Source of the DNA: Alphaproteobacteria bacterium
Lineage (GTDB): Bacteria > Pseudomonadota > Alphaproteobacteria > JAAXGF01
DNA length: 64,000 nt
Direction of reading: 5' to 3'
Assembly (NCBI GenBank): GCA_963555825.3
Contig: CAUVXB020000001.1
Span: 1,600,001 to 1,664,000 of the forward strand
Below, in pieces: positions 32,751 through 43,681 of the stretch. Numbering within the stretch: the stretch's first letter is position 1; each line of letters begins with the position of its first letter. The notes under the pieces are model-generated. The model did no database searches and was not told where the DNA came from. It was given only the letters and a program-made list of their open reading frames with translations. Made by a program: the position numbers and the translations under genes.

Positions 32751-34246
32751 GCGCCGAGCCCCGACAGCAGGCTCATGTACGACTTGGCAGACGTCGTCGC
32801 GACCCGGGCGCGCGGCAGGTACGGATAGACGTCGAGGTTGAGTCTGGGCGGCCGCCGCTCGATGCGGCACAGTACCAAGTGCTTCACCGCATCGAAGCCG
32901 ATTGCGCCGAGCCTGAGCGCGTCGCCGACCGCACCCTCGACCTCCTCGAGCCGGAAGGTCTCCAGCAGACGGAGCACCTGGACGTACTCGCGCTTGCCCG
33001 CCTTGCCCATGCGGGCTTCGAGCAGGCGTCGCAGAGTGATGAAGGCCTCGGGCAGGTTCCAGCCCGCCAACGGCGCGGCCTGGTCGAGGGCGCCGATCTT
33101 CTGCTCGATCAAGGGTAGGTAATGCAGCGGGTCGAAGATCAGGTCCTCGCTGTCGTAGGACCGGCGGTGCCGGGCAATCACCTCCGCGCCGCAAGAGATA
33201 ACGACCTCGTCGACGTAGCACCGGATCAGCACCTCGCGGTGGCCATAGGCCACGGGCACCGAGTAGTCGTTGCCCCGGCAGCGCACCAGCGACAGCGAGC
33301 TCACCCGTCCAGGGCGCTTGTCGCAGGCATCGTATGGTGCCGGGGGTAGAGGCAAGAAGGCTTCCCGGTCCCGTGCGAGGCGCTCGCCGATGGTCTCCTT
33401 GTGACCCCGCAGCCGCGCCGCCTGGCGCCGGCGGCACTGTCCCGCGAGAGCATCGTTGAGGGCCTCGAAGCTCTCGGCCCGCGGGACGGGGACCAGGAAG
33501 TTCCGCCGGATGAAGCCGACCAGTCCCTCGACCTTGCCTTTGTCGTTGCCCTTGCCCGGCCGGCCGAACCTGTCCTCGAACAGATAGTGGGATTGAAGTT
33601 CCGTGAAGACGCGCGTTCGCTGCCGCTTCCCATCGCCCAGGATGCGGGCGACTGCCAGCTTGGTGTTGTCGTACAGGATGGAGCGGGGGACGCCGCCGAA
33701 GAACGCAACCGCCGCGTTGTGGCCATCGCAGAATGCTTCGGTCGTCTCCGCCGGATAGGCCGCAACAAAGCAACCATCACTGTGGGGAAGGTCGAAGGCA
33801 AGGAAGTGGATCTTCCGTAACGCGCCGCCGATCACCGCCATCGCTTCGCCGAAGTCCGCCTGGGCGTGACCGGGGGAATGGGAGAGTGGCACGAACACCT
33901 CACGCGACCGAAGCCCCTGCTCACGAACGTAGTCCTTCACGATGGTGTAGCCGCCCGTGAAACCGTACTCGTCCCGGAGGCGGTCGAAGATGCGCTTCGC
34001 AGTGTGCCGTTGCTTGTGGTGGCTGGTCCGATCGTCTTCCAGAATCCGATCGATGATCCCCGTGAACGGACCCAGCTTCGGCCGCCGTGGCGGCTTGCCG
34101 CGGCGATACCCCGGCGGCACCGAGAACGACAGCATCTTGCGTACCGTCTTGCGGTCCAGCCCGAACACCCGCGAGGCCTCGCGGGTGCTCATTCCCTCGA
34201 CACGACACGCCCGCCGGACCCGCGCGTACATCTCCACCCGATACAT
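32747..34246 (-). CDS. istA: IS21 transposase IstA
   Basis: Close paralog of 30192-31691. Confidence 0.95.
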   Translation of the reverse strand: MYRVEMYARVRRACRVEGMSTREASRVFGLDRKTVRKMLSFSVPPGYRRGKPPRRPKLGPFTGIIDRILEDDRTSHHKQRHTAKRIFDRLRDEYGFTGGYTIVKDYVREQGLRSREVFVPLSHSPGHAQADFGEAMAVIGGALRKIHFLAFDLPHSDGCFVAAYPAETTEAFCDGHNAAVAFFGGVPRSILYDNTKLAVARILGDGKRQRTRVFTELQSHYLFEDRFGRPGKGNDKGKVEGLVGFIRRNFLVPVPRAESFEALNDALAGQCRRRQAARLRGHKETIGERLARDREAFLPLPPAPYDACDKRPGRVSSLSLVRCRGNDYSVPVAYGHREVLIRCYVDEVVISCGAEVIARHRRSYDSEDLIFDPLHYLPLIEQKIGALDQAAPLAGWNLPEAFITLRRLLEARMGKAGKREYVQVLRLLETFRLEEVEGAVGDALRLGAIGFDAVKHLVLCRIERRPPRLNLDVYPYLPRARVATTSAKSYMSLLSGLGA

Positions 34247-35265
34247 CCCCCCGCCTTCCAGTCAGAGCAACCCTGACAGAAGGCTATACGCGGTCCCATT
34301 TTGGTCCGCCACAGCCGGATCAACCGGCCGCTTCAGTGGGGGATTATTGCGCCGCCGTTCTCAGCCTTGCGTTCCGCCTCCTTCCGCCGCCCTTCTTCGG
34401 CCACCTTGCGCTCGGCTTCCTTGCGCTTCCGTTCGGCCTCAGCCGCTGCCTTGCGCTCGACCTCGGTCAATCGAATCTGCGCAAGTGTCGCGAAGAGACC
34501 ATTCGGGTACTGCGCCAGATAGGCCCTGTAGTCGGCCGCCCCCGCGTTGGTCTCGGCGGCATCCCACAGCGCGCGCTCGGCGGCCATGCGCTCGGCTTTC
34601 GCAGCCGCTTCGGCGGCGAGGCGCTCGGCCACCCTGCGCTGCGCTTCCTCGGCCGCCTTGCGCGCCGCCTCCTCGGCTGCGATGCGTTCCGCCTCCTTGC
34701 GCTGCGCTTCCTCGGCCGCCTTGCGCTCGGCCTCCCTGCGCTTCGCTTCTTCGGCCGCCTCGCGCGCCGCCTCCTCGGCTGCGATGCGTTCCGCCTCCTT
34801 GCGCTGCGCTTCCTCGGCCACCTTGCGCTCGGCTTCCTTGCGGGCCGCTTGCTCGGCGGCACGGCGCTCGCGTTCGGCGGCCTCGGCGGCGCGGCGCTCG
34901 CGTTCGGCCGCCTCGGCGGCGCGGCGCTCGCGTTCGGCCTCCTCGGCGGCGACGCGCTCGGCGGCGGCCAGCCGCGCGCGCGCCAGCGGGACGAATTCGC
35001 CGTCGGGGAACTTCTCGAGGTAGGCGGCGTAGTCGGCAGCGTTGGCGCTGTCCGTGATCGCCGCCCAGAACGCCAGTTCGAACGGTTTCATTCGCTCGTC
35101 CGCGCGCGTCACGGCTTCGGTGTTCAGCGCCCTGATGCGAGCCCGGGCGAGCGGGGCGAAGACGCCGGTCGGGTAGGCGTCGAGATAGGCTTGGTAGTCG
35201 TTGGCGTTCGAGCTGTCCTTGACAGCCTGCCAAAGCGTGGTCTCGGCCTGCGCGAACGTCGCTGC

Positions 35266-36919
35266 GGGTGCGAGTCTCGCATGGCAGTGATGTCTGCGGC
35301 TTGGTTCGTTGAGTTCAGGCAGCGATTGCCATGGCTGCTGCACGTGGACTGATGTTGTCGTTGGCCGGTGTGTCGGTTGCGCTGATCAGGGCCTTCCATG
35401 CCCGCTCGAAGCGGCCGGATTTGATCAGGGCGCGGAAGGTCAGAACAGCCTGTCCGCCGACGATCCGCCAGCGCATGCCGGAGCGCTTCATGCGCTGTGT
35501 CACCAGGGTCTTGTTGGCAGCTTCGACCACGCCTGAGCCGATGGCGATGCCCTCTTCCTTCAGGGCGTGGTAGCGCATGCGATGGCGATGCTTGCGGAAG
35601 AAGGCGAGTTCCCGCTCGGTCTCGGCCCGGTCCGGCGCAGCGGCGGCATCGCGAAGGTGGCGCAGCGCCCGGATCACCTTGGCGACGCCACGGGGATCGT
35701 GACGGAGGATCTCGCGGTACTTCTCGAACCAGCCGGGCGCCACGGCATGGTCGGACGCGGTTTGCAGATGTTCGCAAGCATGCCAGAAGTCGATCACCTC
35801 GGTTTCGGGCGACAGGGTCTCCAGGAAGGTCCAGTTGTCGGCGGCGCCATCGGCGATAGCGACGATCCCGATCTCGGGGCGTGCTCGCCTGATGTGTGCG
35901 ACTTCGCTTGCAAGCTGCGCCTTCAGCGTGAGCTTGCCGCTCTCCGGCATGCGGCCGAGATAGAGGGTCTTCAGGCGCTTGCCCTCGGCGTCGTGGAAGG
36001 AGACCGTGCCGCAGGCAGCCTCGCGCCAGGAGGCCTTGGCGCGACCGTCCTCGCCGGGTCTCAGCGGCACCATGACGCCGTCGAGGGAGACCGAGGCGGT
36101 GGTCGCGTCCTGCGGTATGCCCTCGGCCTCACGGATGCTGCCCAGCGTCTCCGGGCCGAGGCTCTCCCAGCATTCGTGCATGCTCAGGGTCAGGCGCTGC
36201 AGGGTGCTCACCGACGGCGTCATGGCGCCGGTCTTCGCAAAGAACGCCGCCGCTTCCCGGGCCGTGCAGTGACCCATCATCAGCAGACCGAGCTCGGCCG
36301 CCGGCCGCGTCAGGTAATCGTCGACGAGGCCCAGGCTCTCGTCGACCGGCACCGGCGATGCCCCGCTCGCGCCGCTGCGGTAACGCGCTCGCCGGTAGGT
36401 CACCGGACCGAGCGAGGTCATGATCGTCTTCGGCGTCACCGCGACCCGGAACCAGCTCTGCCCGTCCCGCTCGATCCGGGAAGCGCCATCGTCCCGGTTC
36501 TCGATGACGGCGCCCATGACATCGCGAGCGAACTCGTTCGTGGCCTCACGCACCCGCAACTCGACCTCCTCGGGCGCCTCGGGGCGCGGCTCGGAACGAA
36601 GCTCCTCGCGACACAGTGCGAGCACCCGGGCGGCCGCCTCGACGACCCGAGGAGGCAGGCCGGAAAGATCGATGGACGAAGGCGCCGGAGGCGGGGATAC
36701 TGCCATGGGAATGCTCCCGATGTTGGGTTTCGAGACACGGCATCGTACCGCTTCTGGCGGTGCGGAGCGTTCCCACCTTCCCCTGCTCGACCCTGCCGTC
36801 GTAACAAAATCCTGCCTTGGAGCGGCCCATTGTCACGAATAGCCGATTTCGGCCGTTCGTCTCGACACAAAAAACGCACTAAATCAATGACTTAGATTTT
36901 CCATACCAGACCCACACCC
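35266..36919 (-). mobile_element. ISKra4-like element (IS256/Mutator-related)
   Basis: IRs GGGTGCGAGTCT / GGGTGTGGGTCT; 8-bp TSD GTCGCTGC (35258-35265, 36920-36927). Confidence 0.88.
35315..36706 (-). CDS. ISKra4-like transposase
   Basis: SLDGVMV, ADGAADNW, IDFWHACEHL, IGSGVVEAANK. Confidence 0.88.
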   Translation of the reverse strand: MAVSPPPAPSSIDLSGLPPRVVEAAARVLALCREELRSEPRPEAPEEVELRVREATNEFARDVMGAVIENRDDGASRIERDGQSWFRVAVTPKTIMTSLGPVTYRRARYRSGASGASPVPVDESLGLVDDYLTRPAAELGLLMMGHCTAREAAAFFAKTGAMTPSVSTLQRLTLSMHECWESLGPETLGSIREAEGIPQDATTASVSLDGVMVPLRPGEDGRAKASWREAACGTVSFHDAEGKRLKTLYLGRMPESGKLTLKAQLASEVAHIRRARPEIGIVAIADGAADNWTFLETLSPETEVIDFWHACEHLQTASDHAVAPGWFEKYREILRHDPRGVAKVIRALRHLRDAAAAPDRAETERELAFFRKHRHRMRYHALKEEGIAIGSGVVEAANKTLVTQRMKRSGMRWRIVGGQAVLTFRALIKSGRFERAWKALISATDTPANDNISPRAAAMAIAA

Positions 36920-38566
36920 GTCGCTGCCGGAGCGGTGGCGGGCGCCGGCGCCTCGGGTGCCACCGCGACCGGTGCCTGCGGCGTCACCGCGACCGGCACG
37001 AACAGGAAGTCACCGCCGTTGTGGCCCGCCATGCTGACGTCGGCGTATTCGGGCGTCTGATCGGCGTTGACGACGATCGGCCGCTTGATGGCGTCGAACA
37101 GCGCCTGGCCGTCGAGCACTTGGGTGTTGTTCTCGAGCGTGTCGAGGAAAGCCTTGGCGAACACCGAATGGCCGCCGCCGCCGGCATCGAGCACCGGCTC
37201 GAGGCCGCCCGAGGTGAGCGCCGTGCGCGAGCGCCGCGTGTTCATCCGCTCGAACCAAGCGGTGCGCTCGGCGCCCGTCTTGAGGCTCGCCGCGACGCTG
37301 CGCGTCAGCTTGCCCGAATAACACGAGTCGGCGACCACCATGACGTGCTTGGCGCGCATCGCCCTGAGCTGGGCGGAGATGGTCGCGTTCGACACCCAGT
37401 TGACCGGATTATCACTCTCGGCATCGGTCGGCAGCCAGTAACCCTCGTCCGAGCGCACATCGAGGCTGCCATGGCCAGCGTAATAGATCAGCAGATTGTC
37501 GCGCTCGGTAAGCTGCGCCCGCTTGCGCGCCAACGCCGAGATGATGTCGGCGCGCGTCGCGTCGATAAGTATCTCGACCTCGAAGCCATAGTGCCCCGAA
37601 AGCAATGCCGCCACCGCTTCGGCGTCGGCCGTTGCGGTTGCCAGGTCGTTAAGATGGTCGTAGTTGTTGTTGCCGATGACCAGCGCGTGGAAGGTGCCGA
37701 AGTCGAGCGTCGCGGCGACGGCTGCGGTGCGGCGCACGAACACCTTGTGCTCGGCCTTGTCGCCGTAGGAGCCTTCCAACATCAGGGTGAGACGGCTGCG
37801 TCCAACCGGCACCGTTCGGCGGATGCGGAACGAGCCGTCCGGCGCGACCATCACTGGCTCGCCGTTTACGGTGAGCGTAGCCTCGCCGGGAGCCATCGCC
37901 CTGCCCGAGAAATCAACCGTCTCCTGATCGGTATCGATCCGCATCGGCGCGTCGATGACAGCCAGGCTTGACTGGGCAAACCGCATGCCTTCCGGCGTAA
38001 TGACCTCGGCATTGCGAAGAATTTGGTCGCTGCTAGCGGTACCCAAACCTGCCAACGCAGGCCACGCAAAACAAAGGACCAGCGCGGCGGTTACGAAGTT
38101 CCACCTCATGTGTGTCCGCCCCTTGTCTGGATAGAATAATCCAGCGTCGCGGCAATTGGAACCCCGGACACCGGTCAGGCAATGTGCGCATGGCGCGCTC
38201 CGTTCACCGCATTGCGGCTACATCAAAACAATCCTTGCCAACAGGGAGCCGTCCACACATGGCCCAAAGCGGGCTTCGGCTGACGGACGTACATCATCGC
38301 CGCCAAGCGGATGATCTCGGGTGAAATCTCGCAAAATCCGGAACGGATTTGTCATCCACGGGGACCGCGGCGTGGGCCTCACCGGCTCAAGGTGGTTTTC
38401 CCCGACACCGTCCGAGAGGGCCTTGACCGCTTCTAATCAGCCGGCTCACGCCCAGTCAATCTGACACTGCCGTCAACCACGCTGGTATCGTACCGGCTCA
38501 ACCGATATATTTGCTGCCCGGCCTTGGATTTCGGGCCCGCTTTACCAAGGGACGAAGCGCCGCCCC

Positions 38567-39187
38567 ATGTCTGTTTATCAAGACATCAGATCGGTGAGCC
38601 CCGACCTTTCCACGCCGGATCTGCTGCGCTTCCTGATCGAGGAAAAGTTTGCCGGAGAAACGCTGGTGACCGCCTCGCTCAAGGCGCCGAGCGTGGTGGT
38701 ATTGAAATTGGTTGCCGACATCGATCCCGCAACTCCGGTGGTCTTTTGTGTCCGCGGGTTCGAGTTTCCGGAGAGCGGCGCGTACCGCAAGCGCATCGTC
38801 GAGCGACTGGGTCTCGTGAACGTGAGCCAATCCAAGGGCGGCGAGGTCGAGGTGCTGCCCGGCGACCACGACCACTGCGAGCGCATGTGGGCCGAGAGCC
38901 GGGACGGCCTGGGGCGGAGCTTCGAGATCGTCCACCTCAACCAGACCCTGGCGCCTTACAGCTGCTGGATTTCCGCGGTCTATCACATGTCCAACCCGCC
39001 CTACATCACCCATCGGGTCGACGTCGAGGGCCGGCTGATTCGCGTCGACCCGTTGATCCGCTGGACCAAGGACGACGTCCGGGCATTCATGCGCGAACAC
39101 AAGCTGCCGTTCCATCCGCGCGCTGTCCGGGACAAGCCCGCGGCGCCGCGGGAGAAACCGTCGCCTCTGCCATCTTACAACTACTGA
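38567..39187 (+). CDS. PAPS/APS reductase (CysH)-fold protein lacking the catalytic C-terminus
   Basis: PVVF..GFEFPE, WIS, RVDPLIRWT.DDV..F...H.LPFHP; no CC/CxxC and no ECGLH. Confidence 0.7.
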   Translation: MSVYQDIRSVSPDLSTPDLLRFLIEEKFAGETLVTASLKAPSVVVLKLVADIDPATPVVFCVRGFEFPESGAYRKRIVERLGLVNVSQSKGGEVEVLPGDHDHCERMWAESRDGLGRSFEIVHLNQTLAPYSCWISAVYHMSNPPYITHRVDVEGRLIRVDPLIRWTKDDVRAFMREHKLPFHPRAVRDKPAAPREKPSPLPSYNY

Positions 39188-39260
39188 TATTCGGTCCCGA
39201 TCCGGTGTCCGCCTGACGCCCGTGCGCTCGACAACCATCGTCGGATCCCGGCAACTCGGT

Positions 39261-40019
39261 TCAATGGGCCACGATCCGCGCCTGACTGACCAAGCCGTTC
39301 TTTTCCGACATCACGTGCAGCTGATACATCGGCCGGTCCTTGACGCGCAGCTCGTCGATGCCCTTGCGTACATCGACCGCGACACTCGCCATGGTCGTCG
39401 CGACCGTGCCGGCCCATTGCCTTTGGGTTGGCCAGTGGACGTGCCCGCAGAGCAGCCGTTCGACCTGTGAGTGCCGGCCGACGACGGCGGCCAGTTGTTC
39501 GGCCTCCCGTGGCCGGCGGTAGCCGCCGACATAATGGTCGCCGATGTCGAACGGCGGATGATGGATGAGCAGGATTGTCGGCTTGTCCGCTGCGCCGTCG
39601 AGCACATCGCGCAGCCAAGCCTGCCGCCGCGCGCAATAGACGCCCTTTCGTTCCCCCGCGGCCGTCGAGTCGAGCGCGACCAGACGAACCGAATAATCCT
39701 CGACCGTGTATTGGAGAAAATCGCCATCCTTGGGCAGGTAGGAATGGTCGCCGAAGGCGGCGCGCAGGGCGCCACACTCATCGCGATTGCCGGGGATGAC
39801 GTAGATCGGCGCCTGCAATGGCGCCAGAATCTCGCGCACGTGTTGGTATTCCTCGGACAAGCCATGCTGCACGATGTCGCCGGTGTGGACCACCGCATCC
39901 GGCTGCTGGCGGTTGATGTCCGCGACACATCGCCGCAGGTCGTCTGCGCGACGCCGTCCCTCGTCCAGGTCCGAGGATCGCGCCAGGATGTGGGTGTCAC
40001 TGATCTGGGCAATAATCAT
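39261..40019 (-). CDS. Calcineurin-like phosphodiesterase (CpdA/GpdQ-like)
   Basis: QISDTH, HTGDI, PGNRD, HHPP, CGHVH. Confidence 0.88.
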   Translation of the reverse strand: MIIAQISDTHILARSSDLDEGRRRADDLRRCVADINRQQPDAVVHTGDIVQHGLSEEYQHVREILAPLQAPIYVIPGNRDECGALRAAFGDHSYLPKDGDFLQYTVEDYSVRLVALDSTAAGERKGVYCARRQAWLRDVLDGAADKPTILLIHHPPFDIGDHYVGGYRRPREAEQLAAVVGRHSQVERLLCGHVHWPTQRQWAGTVATTMASVAVDVRKGIDELRVKDRPMYQLHVMSEKNGLVSQARIVAH

Positions 40020-40037
40020 TGGATCGAAAGAGTGCCG

Positions 40038-41210
40038 TTATCTAAGGCTGTCATAGTACGCCTGCAGGATTTCCAGTACCTCGGGCCGGCTGAACTCCGG
40101 CGGAATCGGCTCGTGGTCGGCGAACATGGCGCGCAGACGCGTACCGGAGATCGTCAGCCGGTGACGCTCGTCGTGCGGGCAGGTCCGATTGGTTGCGGTG
40201 GCGCGGCAAGTGTCGCAATAGAAGGTCACATCCAACTTCAACGGTTCGATCTCGAGGCATCCAGGATCGATGGCGTCGAAGATGTGGTGCGCGTCGAGCG
40301 GCCCGTAGTAGTCGCCAACCCCGGCATGATCGCGGCCAATCACCAAATGGGAACAGCCGAAATTCTGCCGAAACAGGGCATGCAACAGCGCTTCGCGCGG
40401 CCCCGCGTAGCGCATCTCGATCGGGTAACCGGCCTGAATGACGGTGTCCGCCACGAAATAGTTCTCGACCAGCGCATCGATTGCCCGGGCCCCGACGTCG
40501 GCCGGAATGTCGCCCGACTTGAGCTTGCCGAGAACCTGATGGATGAGCAGCCCGTCACAGACCTCGACCGCGATCTTGGCCAGATACTCGTGGCTGCGAT
40601 GCATCGGGTTGCGGGTCTGGAAGGCCGCCACCTTCGACCATCCCCGCGCCTCGAACCGGGCGCGGGTTTCGGCCGGACGGAGATAGAGGCCCGGGAACGC
40701 CTGTGGGTAAATGCCTTCGCCCAGCGCCCGCACCGGCCCCGCCAGGTTGACCTCGCCCTGGGCCATCACTTTGGCGACACCAGGGTGAGCCGGGTCCGTG
40801 GTTCGAAAGACGTTGGAGCACTCCAGCTGCCGGTCGATCACGTACTTCTCCGCGACCGTCATCACGCCCATGATCTGGCCCGATTCCTCGTCGATCAGCG
40901 CCACGTCCTCGTCGGCGCCGATACCGTCGGCCAGGTCCTGGAGACACGACAGGGTGATCGGCATCGGCCAGAACACGCCGTTCCCGAGCCTCATGTCCAG
41001 GCACACCCCGCGCCAGTCGTCGTGTCCCATGAAACCGTCGAGCGGCGTGTAGGCGCCCATCGCCATCATCACGAGATCGGAGCTCTCGCGGCTGGTCATC
41101 GGCACGGCCGTCAGCCCTGCCGCCCGATTCAGCTCCGCGACCCGTTCCGAGCCGGCGATCAACAATGGTTTGAGCGCTCCGCCGCCGTGGGGCGGAACCA
41201 GACTGGACAT
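40038..41210 (-). CDS. sat: Sulfate adenylyltransferase
   Basis: [48 protein letters not shown]. Confidence 0.97.
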   Translation of the reverse strand: MSSLVPPHGGGALKPLLIAGSERVAELNRAAGLTAVPMTSRESSDLVMMAMGAYTPLDGFMGHDDWRGVCLDMRLGNGVFWPMPITLSCLQDLADGIGADEDVALIDEESGQIMGVMTVAEKYVIDRQLECSNVFRTTDPAHPGVAKVMAQGEVNLAGPVRALGEGIYPQAFPGLYLRPAETRARFEARGWSKVAAFQTRNPMHRSHEYLAKIAVEVCDGLLIHQVLGKLKSGDIPADVGARAIDALVENYFVADTVIQAGYPIEMRYAGPREALLHALFRQNFGCSHLVIGRDHAGVGDYYGPLDAHHIFDAIDPGCLEIEPLKLDVTFYCDTCRATATNRTCPHDERHRLTISGTRLRAMFADHEPIPPEFSRPEVLEILQAYYDSLR

Positions 41211-41371
41211 CGGAAGCGTTCCCTTCGCTCTTGGATGTTAACGGTCAGGGAGCTTTGCAAATCGGATGACGATTTCGCAAGCCCATTGTCCGTGCGGAAC
41301 CTCGGCGCGTCCGGCCACGGGCACCATCAGGGGCTTCTCATTACATCGAAGGGTTATTCGATGGTCTCCGT

Positions 41372-43216
41372 TTAGTCGATAATGTGGTGGACGGGGGCCT
41401 TCTCCATAGCCCATTCGCCGGATTCCGGATCGTAGCGAGATAAGGTGAAGCAATGCCAATCGGTGTCATCCAGCCTCGGATGATCGGCCCGATAGTAATA
41501 CCCCGGCCACCGCGTTTCCTCCCTGAACATCGTGTGCTGCGTCACACACTCCGAGGCCAAGACCCGGTGCTGAAGCTCCCACGCCCTCATGAGCTGGTGA
41601 AGGCTGTCGGCCCCGAGATGGGGCAGGTCTTCCTTCAGCATGCTCAGCAACTCCAGCCCGCGGGTGAGCATCGGTTCGTTGGTCAAGTAGTTGGTGCTGG
41701 TGCCGCCGACGTATTCGTCCATGATCTTCTCGAGACGCTGAAGACCCTGAATCGGCAGGAGATAGCTCGGCGATACGGTCCCGGCGACGATCTCGTTGCG
41801 GCCGATGGCGTAGTTCTCCATGGGCTGGTAGACCACCGTCTTGAGATCTTCGCACTCCGCCTCGTCGAGCCGGGGCTGGTCGTTACCCATGTCCTTGACG
41901 TAGCGGACCGCCGACTTCCCGGCGATCCGGCCTTCGGTGAAGGATCCAGACGAGAATTTGTGGGCGGTGCCGCCGATCGTGTCGCCGGCGCCGAAGAGGC
42001 CCTCGACGGTCATCATCCGGTTGTAGCCCCACTGGTAGTCTGCGGGCGCGTAGTCCTCCGGACCGCTCGCCCAGGCGCCTGAACAGGTGGCGTGGGAGCC
42101 CATGACGTAAGGCTCGGACATGATCAGCTCGGGGTTGGTTTCCTTGGGATCGATGTTCTGCGACGCCCAGACGACCGCCTGCCCGATCGTCATGCCCAGG
42201 AAGTTCTCCCAGCCAACCGTCTCCTTGTGCGGATCGGCGAAGGCCTCCTTCGTCACCATGCGGATGGGGCCTCTGCCGGCCTTGACCTCCTCTAGAAAGG
42301 CGTGGTTCCGCAGGCAGGTCGGCACCGGCTGGTGATCGACGTAATCGCCGACCAATTGCTTGATCGAGTCATACCAGGTGGCCTCGTAATTATCGCCATA
42401 CGCGTTTTCGGTGTACGTCTTGAGATGCAGGAAGTAGGCGCCGACCGGACCATAGCCGTCCTTGAATCTGGTGAGGACGATGCGGTTCTCCATCTGCGTC
42501 ATCTTGGCGCCGACTTGGATCGGCAGCGCGTAGGCGGAGGCGCTGCTCCACGGCGCATACCAGGTCCGCCCCATGCCCTCGCCGACCGAGTGGGGCTTGA
42601 AGATGTGCGATGCGCCACCGGCAGTTACGATGACTGCCTTGGACCGGAATACATAAAAATTTCCGTCACGGACGCTGAAGCCAACGGCCCCGGCGACCCT
42701 GTTGGGCCGCGTCTTGTCCATCAGCAGGTGGGTCACCATGATCCGGTTGTAGACCTCGGTGGCAGCCTTGCAAGCGGCCTCGGCGACGATCGGCTTGTAG
42801 CTCTCGCCGTGGATCATGATCTGCCATTTGCCCTCGCGCTTGTAGCGACCGGTTTCCTCGTCTTTCATGATCGGCAGGCCCCATTCCTCGAACATGTGCA
42901 CCGAGGAGTCGACATGCCGGGCGATATCGTAGCCCAGATCCTCCCGTACCAGACCCATGAGGTCGTTCCGCGCGTAGCGGACATGGTCTTCGGGCTGGTT
43001 CTCGTCCCACTGCATGCCCATGTAGCAGTTGATCGCATAGAGGCCTTGAGCGACGGCGCCGCTGCGCTCGATGTTCGCCTTCTCGACGACGACGACCCTT
43101 AGGTCGCGCCCCCAGTACCTGGATTCGTACGCCGCCCCGCAGCCGCCAAAGCCGCCGCCGATGACGAGGATATCCGAATCCACGAAGACCGTTTTTCTGG
43201 ATGTGAACAGACCCAT
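41372..43216 (-). CDS. aprA: Adenylylsulfate reductase alpha subunit
   Basis: ERSGAVAQGL, GKWQIMIHGESYK, RFKDGYGPVGA, HKFSSGSFTEG, ETRWPGYYYR. Confidence 0.97.
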   Translation of the reverse strand: MGLFTSRKTVFVDSDILVIGGGFGGCGAAYESRYWGRDLRVVVVEKANIERSGAVAQGLYAINCYMGMQWDENQPEDHVRYARNDLMGLVREDLGYDIARHVDSSVHMFEEWGLPIMKDEETGRYKREGKWQIMIHGESYKPIVAEAACKAATEVYNRIMVTHLLMDKTRPNRVAGAVGFSVRDGNFYVFRSKAVIVTAGGASHIFKPHSVGEGMGRTWYAPWSSASAYALPIQVGAKMTQMENRIVLTRFKDGYGPVGAYFLHLKTYTENAYGDNYEATWYDSIKQLVGDYVDHQPVPTCLRNHAFLEEVKAGRGPIRMVTKEAFADPHKETVGWENFLGMTIGQAVVWASQNIDPKETNPELIMSEPYVMGSHATCSGAWASGPEDYAPADYQWGYNRMMTVEGLFGAGDTIGGTAHKFSSGSFTEGRIAGKSAVRYVKDMGNDQPRLDEAECEDLKTVVYQPMENYAIGRNEIVAGTVSPSYLLPIQGLQRLEKIMDEYVGGTSTNYLTNEPMLTRGLELLSMLKEDLPHLGADSLHQLMRAWELQHRVLASECVTQHTMFREETRWPGYYYRADHPRLDDTDWHCFTLSRYDPESGEWAMEKAPVHHIID

Positions 43217-43677
43217 TACTTCAATCTTTCCCGGCCTTTCCGCGGCGGCAGCGCGGGCAGCGCCTCGATGTGGAGCGCCTCGGGTTCGTGCGCGAGTTCC
43301 TGGCCCTTCAGGGCATCCGGGCTGGGCGCATCGTAATCGGACGGTGACTTGATCGATCCCCAGGGCGTCGTCCTGATCGGGGAAACGAAGTTCTTCTCGC
43401 GCCCGTCCCGGAACTTGATCTTCCAGGAGATGGTACCCTTCTCCTCCTCCCTGCGCACCCGGACGCTGTGGCCCAGGGGGGCGAAGTCGGCGTAGCCGCG
43501 CACGTCTATCGCATGCTGCGGACACGCCTTCACGCACGAGTAGCACTCCCAGCACATATTGGGCTCGATGTTGTAGGCACGCCGGTAGACCGGGTCGATG
43601 TGCATGATGTCGGACGGGCAGATATCGACGCACTGTCCGCAGCCGTCGCAACGCGTCATATAAACGAAAGTAGGCAT
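43216..43677 (-). CDS. aprB: Adenylylsulfate reductase beta subunit
   Basis: CDGCGQCVDICP, CWECYSCVKACP, RGYADF; TAATG coupling to aprA. Confidence 0.97.
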   Translation of the reverse strand: MPTFVYMTRCDGCGQCVDICPSDIMHIDPVYRRAYNIEPNMCWECYSCVKACPQHAIDVRGYADFAPLGHSVRVRREEEKGTISWKIKFRDGREKNFVSPIRTTPWGSIKSPSDYDAPSPDALKGQELAHEPEALHIEALPALPPRKGRERLK

Positions 43678-43681
43678 GCTA

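Larger units (their letters stand above)
31796..34363 (-). mobile_element. IS21 family element, copy B, complete
   Basis: Ends TGAGAACGGC (34363, minus) and TGTCAATGGC (31796) with internal repeats; istA-istB; no direct TSD. Confidence 0.93.
34364..38109 (-). pseudogene. Exported caspase-family (peptidase C14) protein with helical repeats, split by an ISKra4-like element and truncated by IS21
   Basis: Signal peptide; ALVIGNNNY, YYAGHG, DSCYSG; frame rejoins across TSD (..PAAT|FAQAETTLWQ); three W....S....DY.AYL..YP.G.F..LA repeats; E/A/R/K tandem repeats. Confidence 0.88.

Noticed and set aside
34370-34960. Tandem repeats as a non-coding array
   Set aside because: They encode the E/A/R/K coiled-coil tail of the caspase-family pseudogene.
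38200-38280. Possible IS110-like end remnant (CTTGCCAACAGGGAGCCGTCCACACA)
   Set aside because: Resemblance from memory only; no transposase or second end to support it.
41372-43651. 759-aa AprA with N-terminal extension (likewise 972-aa PpdK and 595-aa IstB)
   Set aside because: Extensions overlap upstream genes in other frames; real starts are at 43216, 22412 and 32750.
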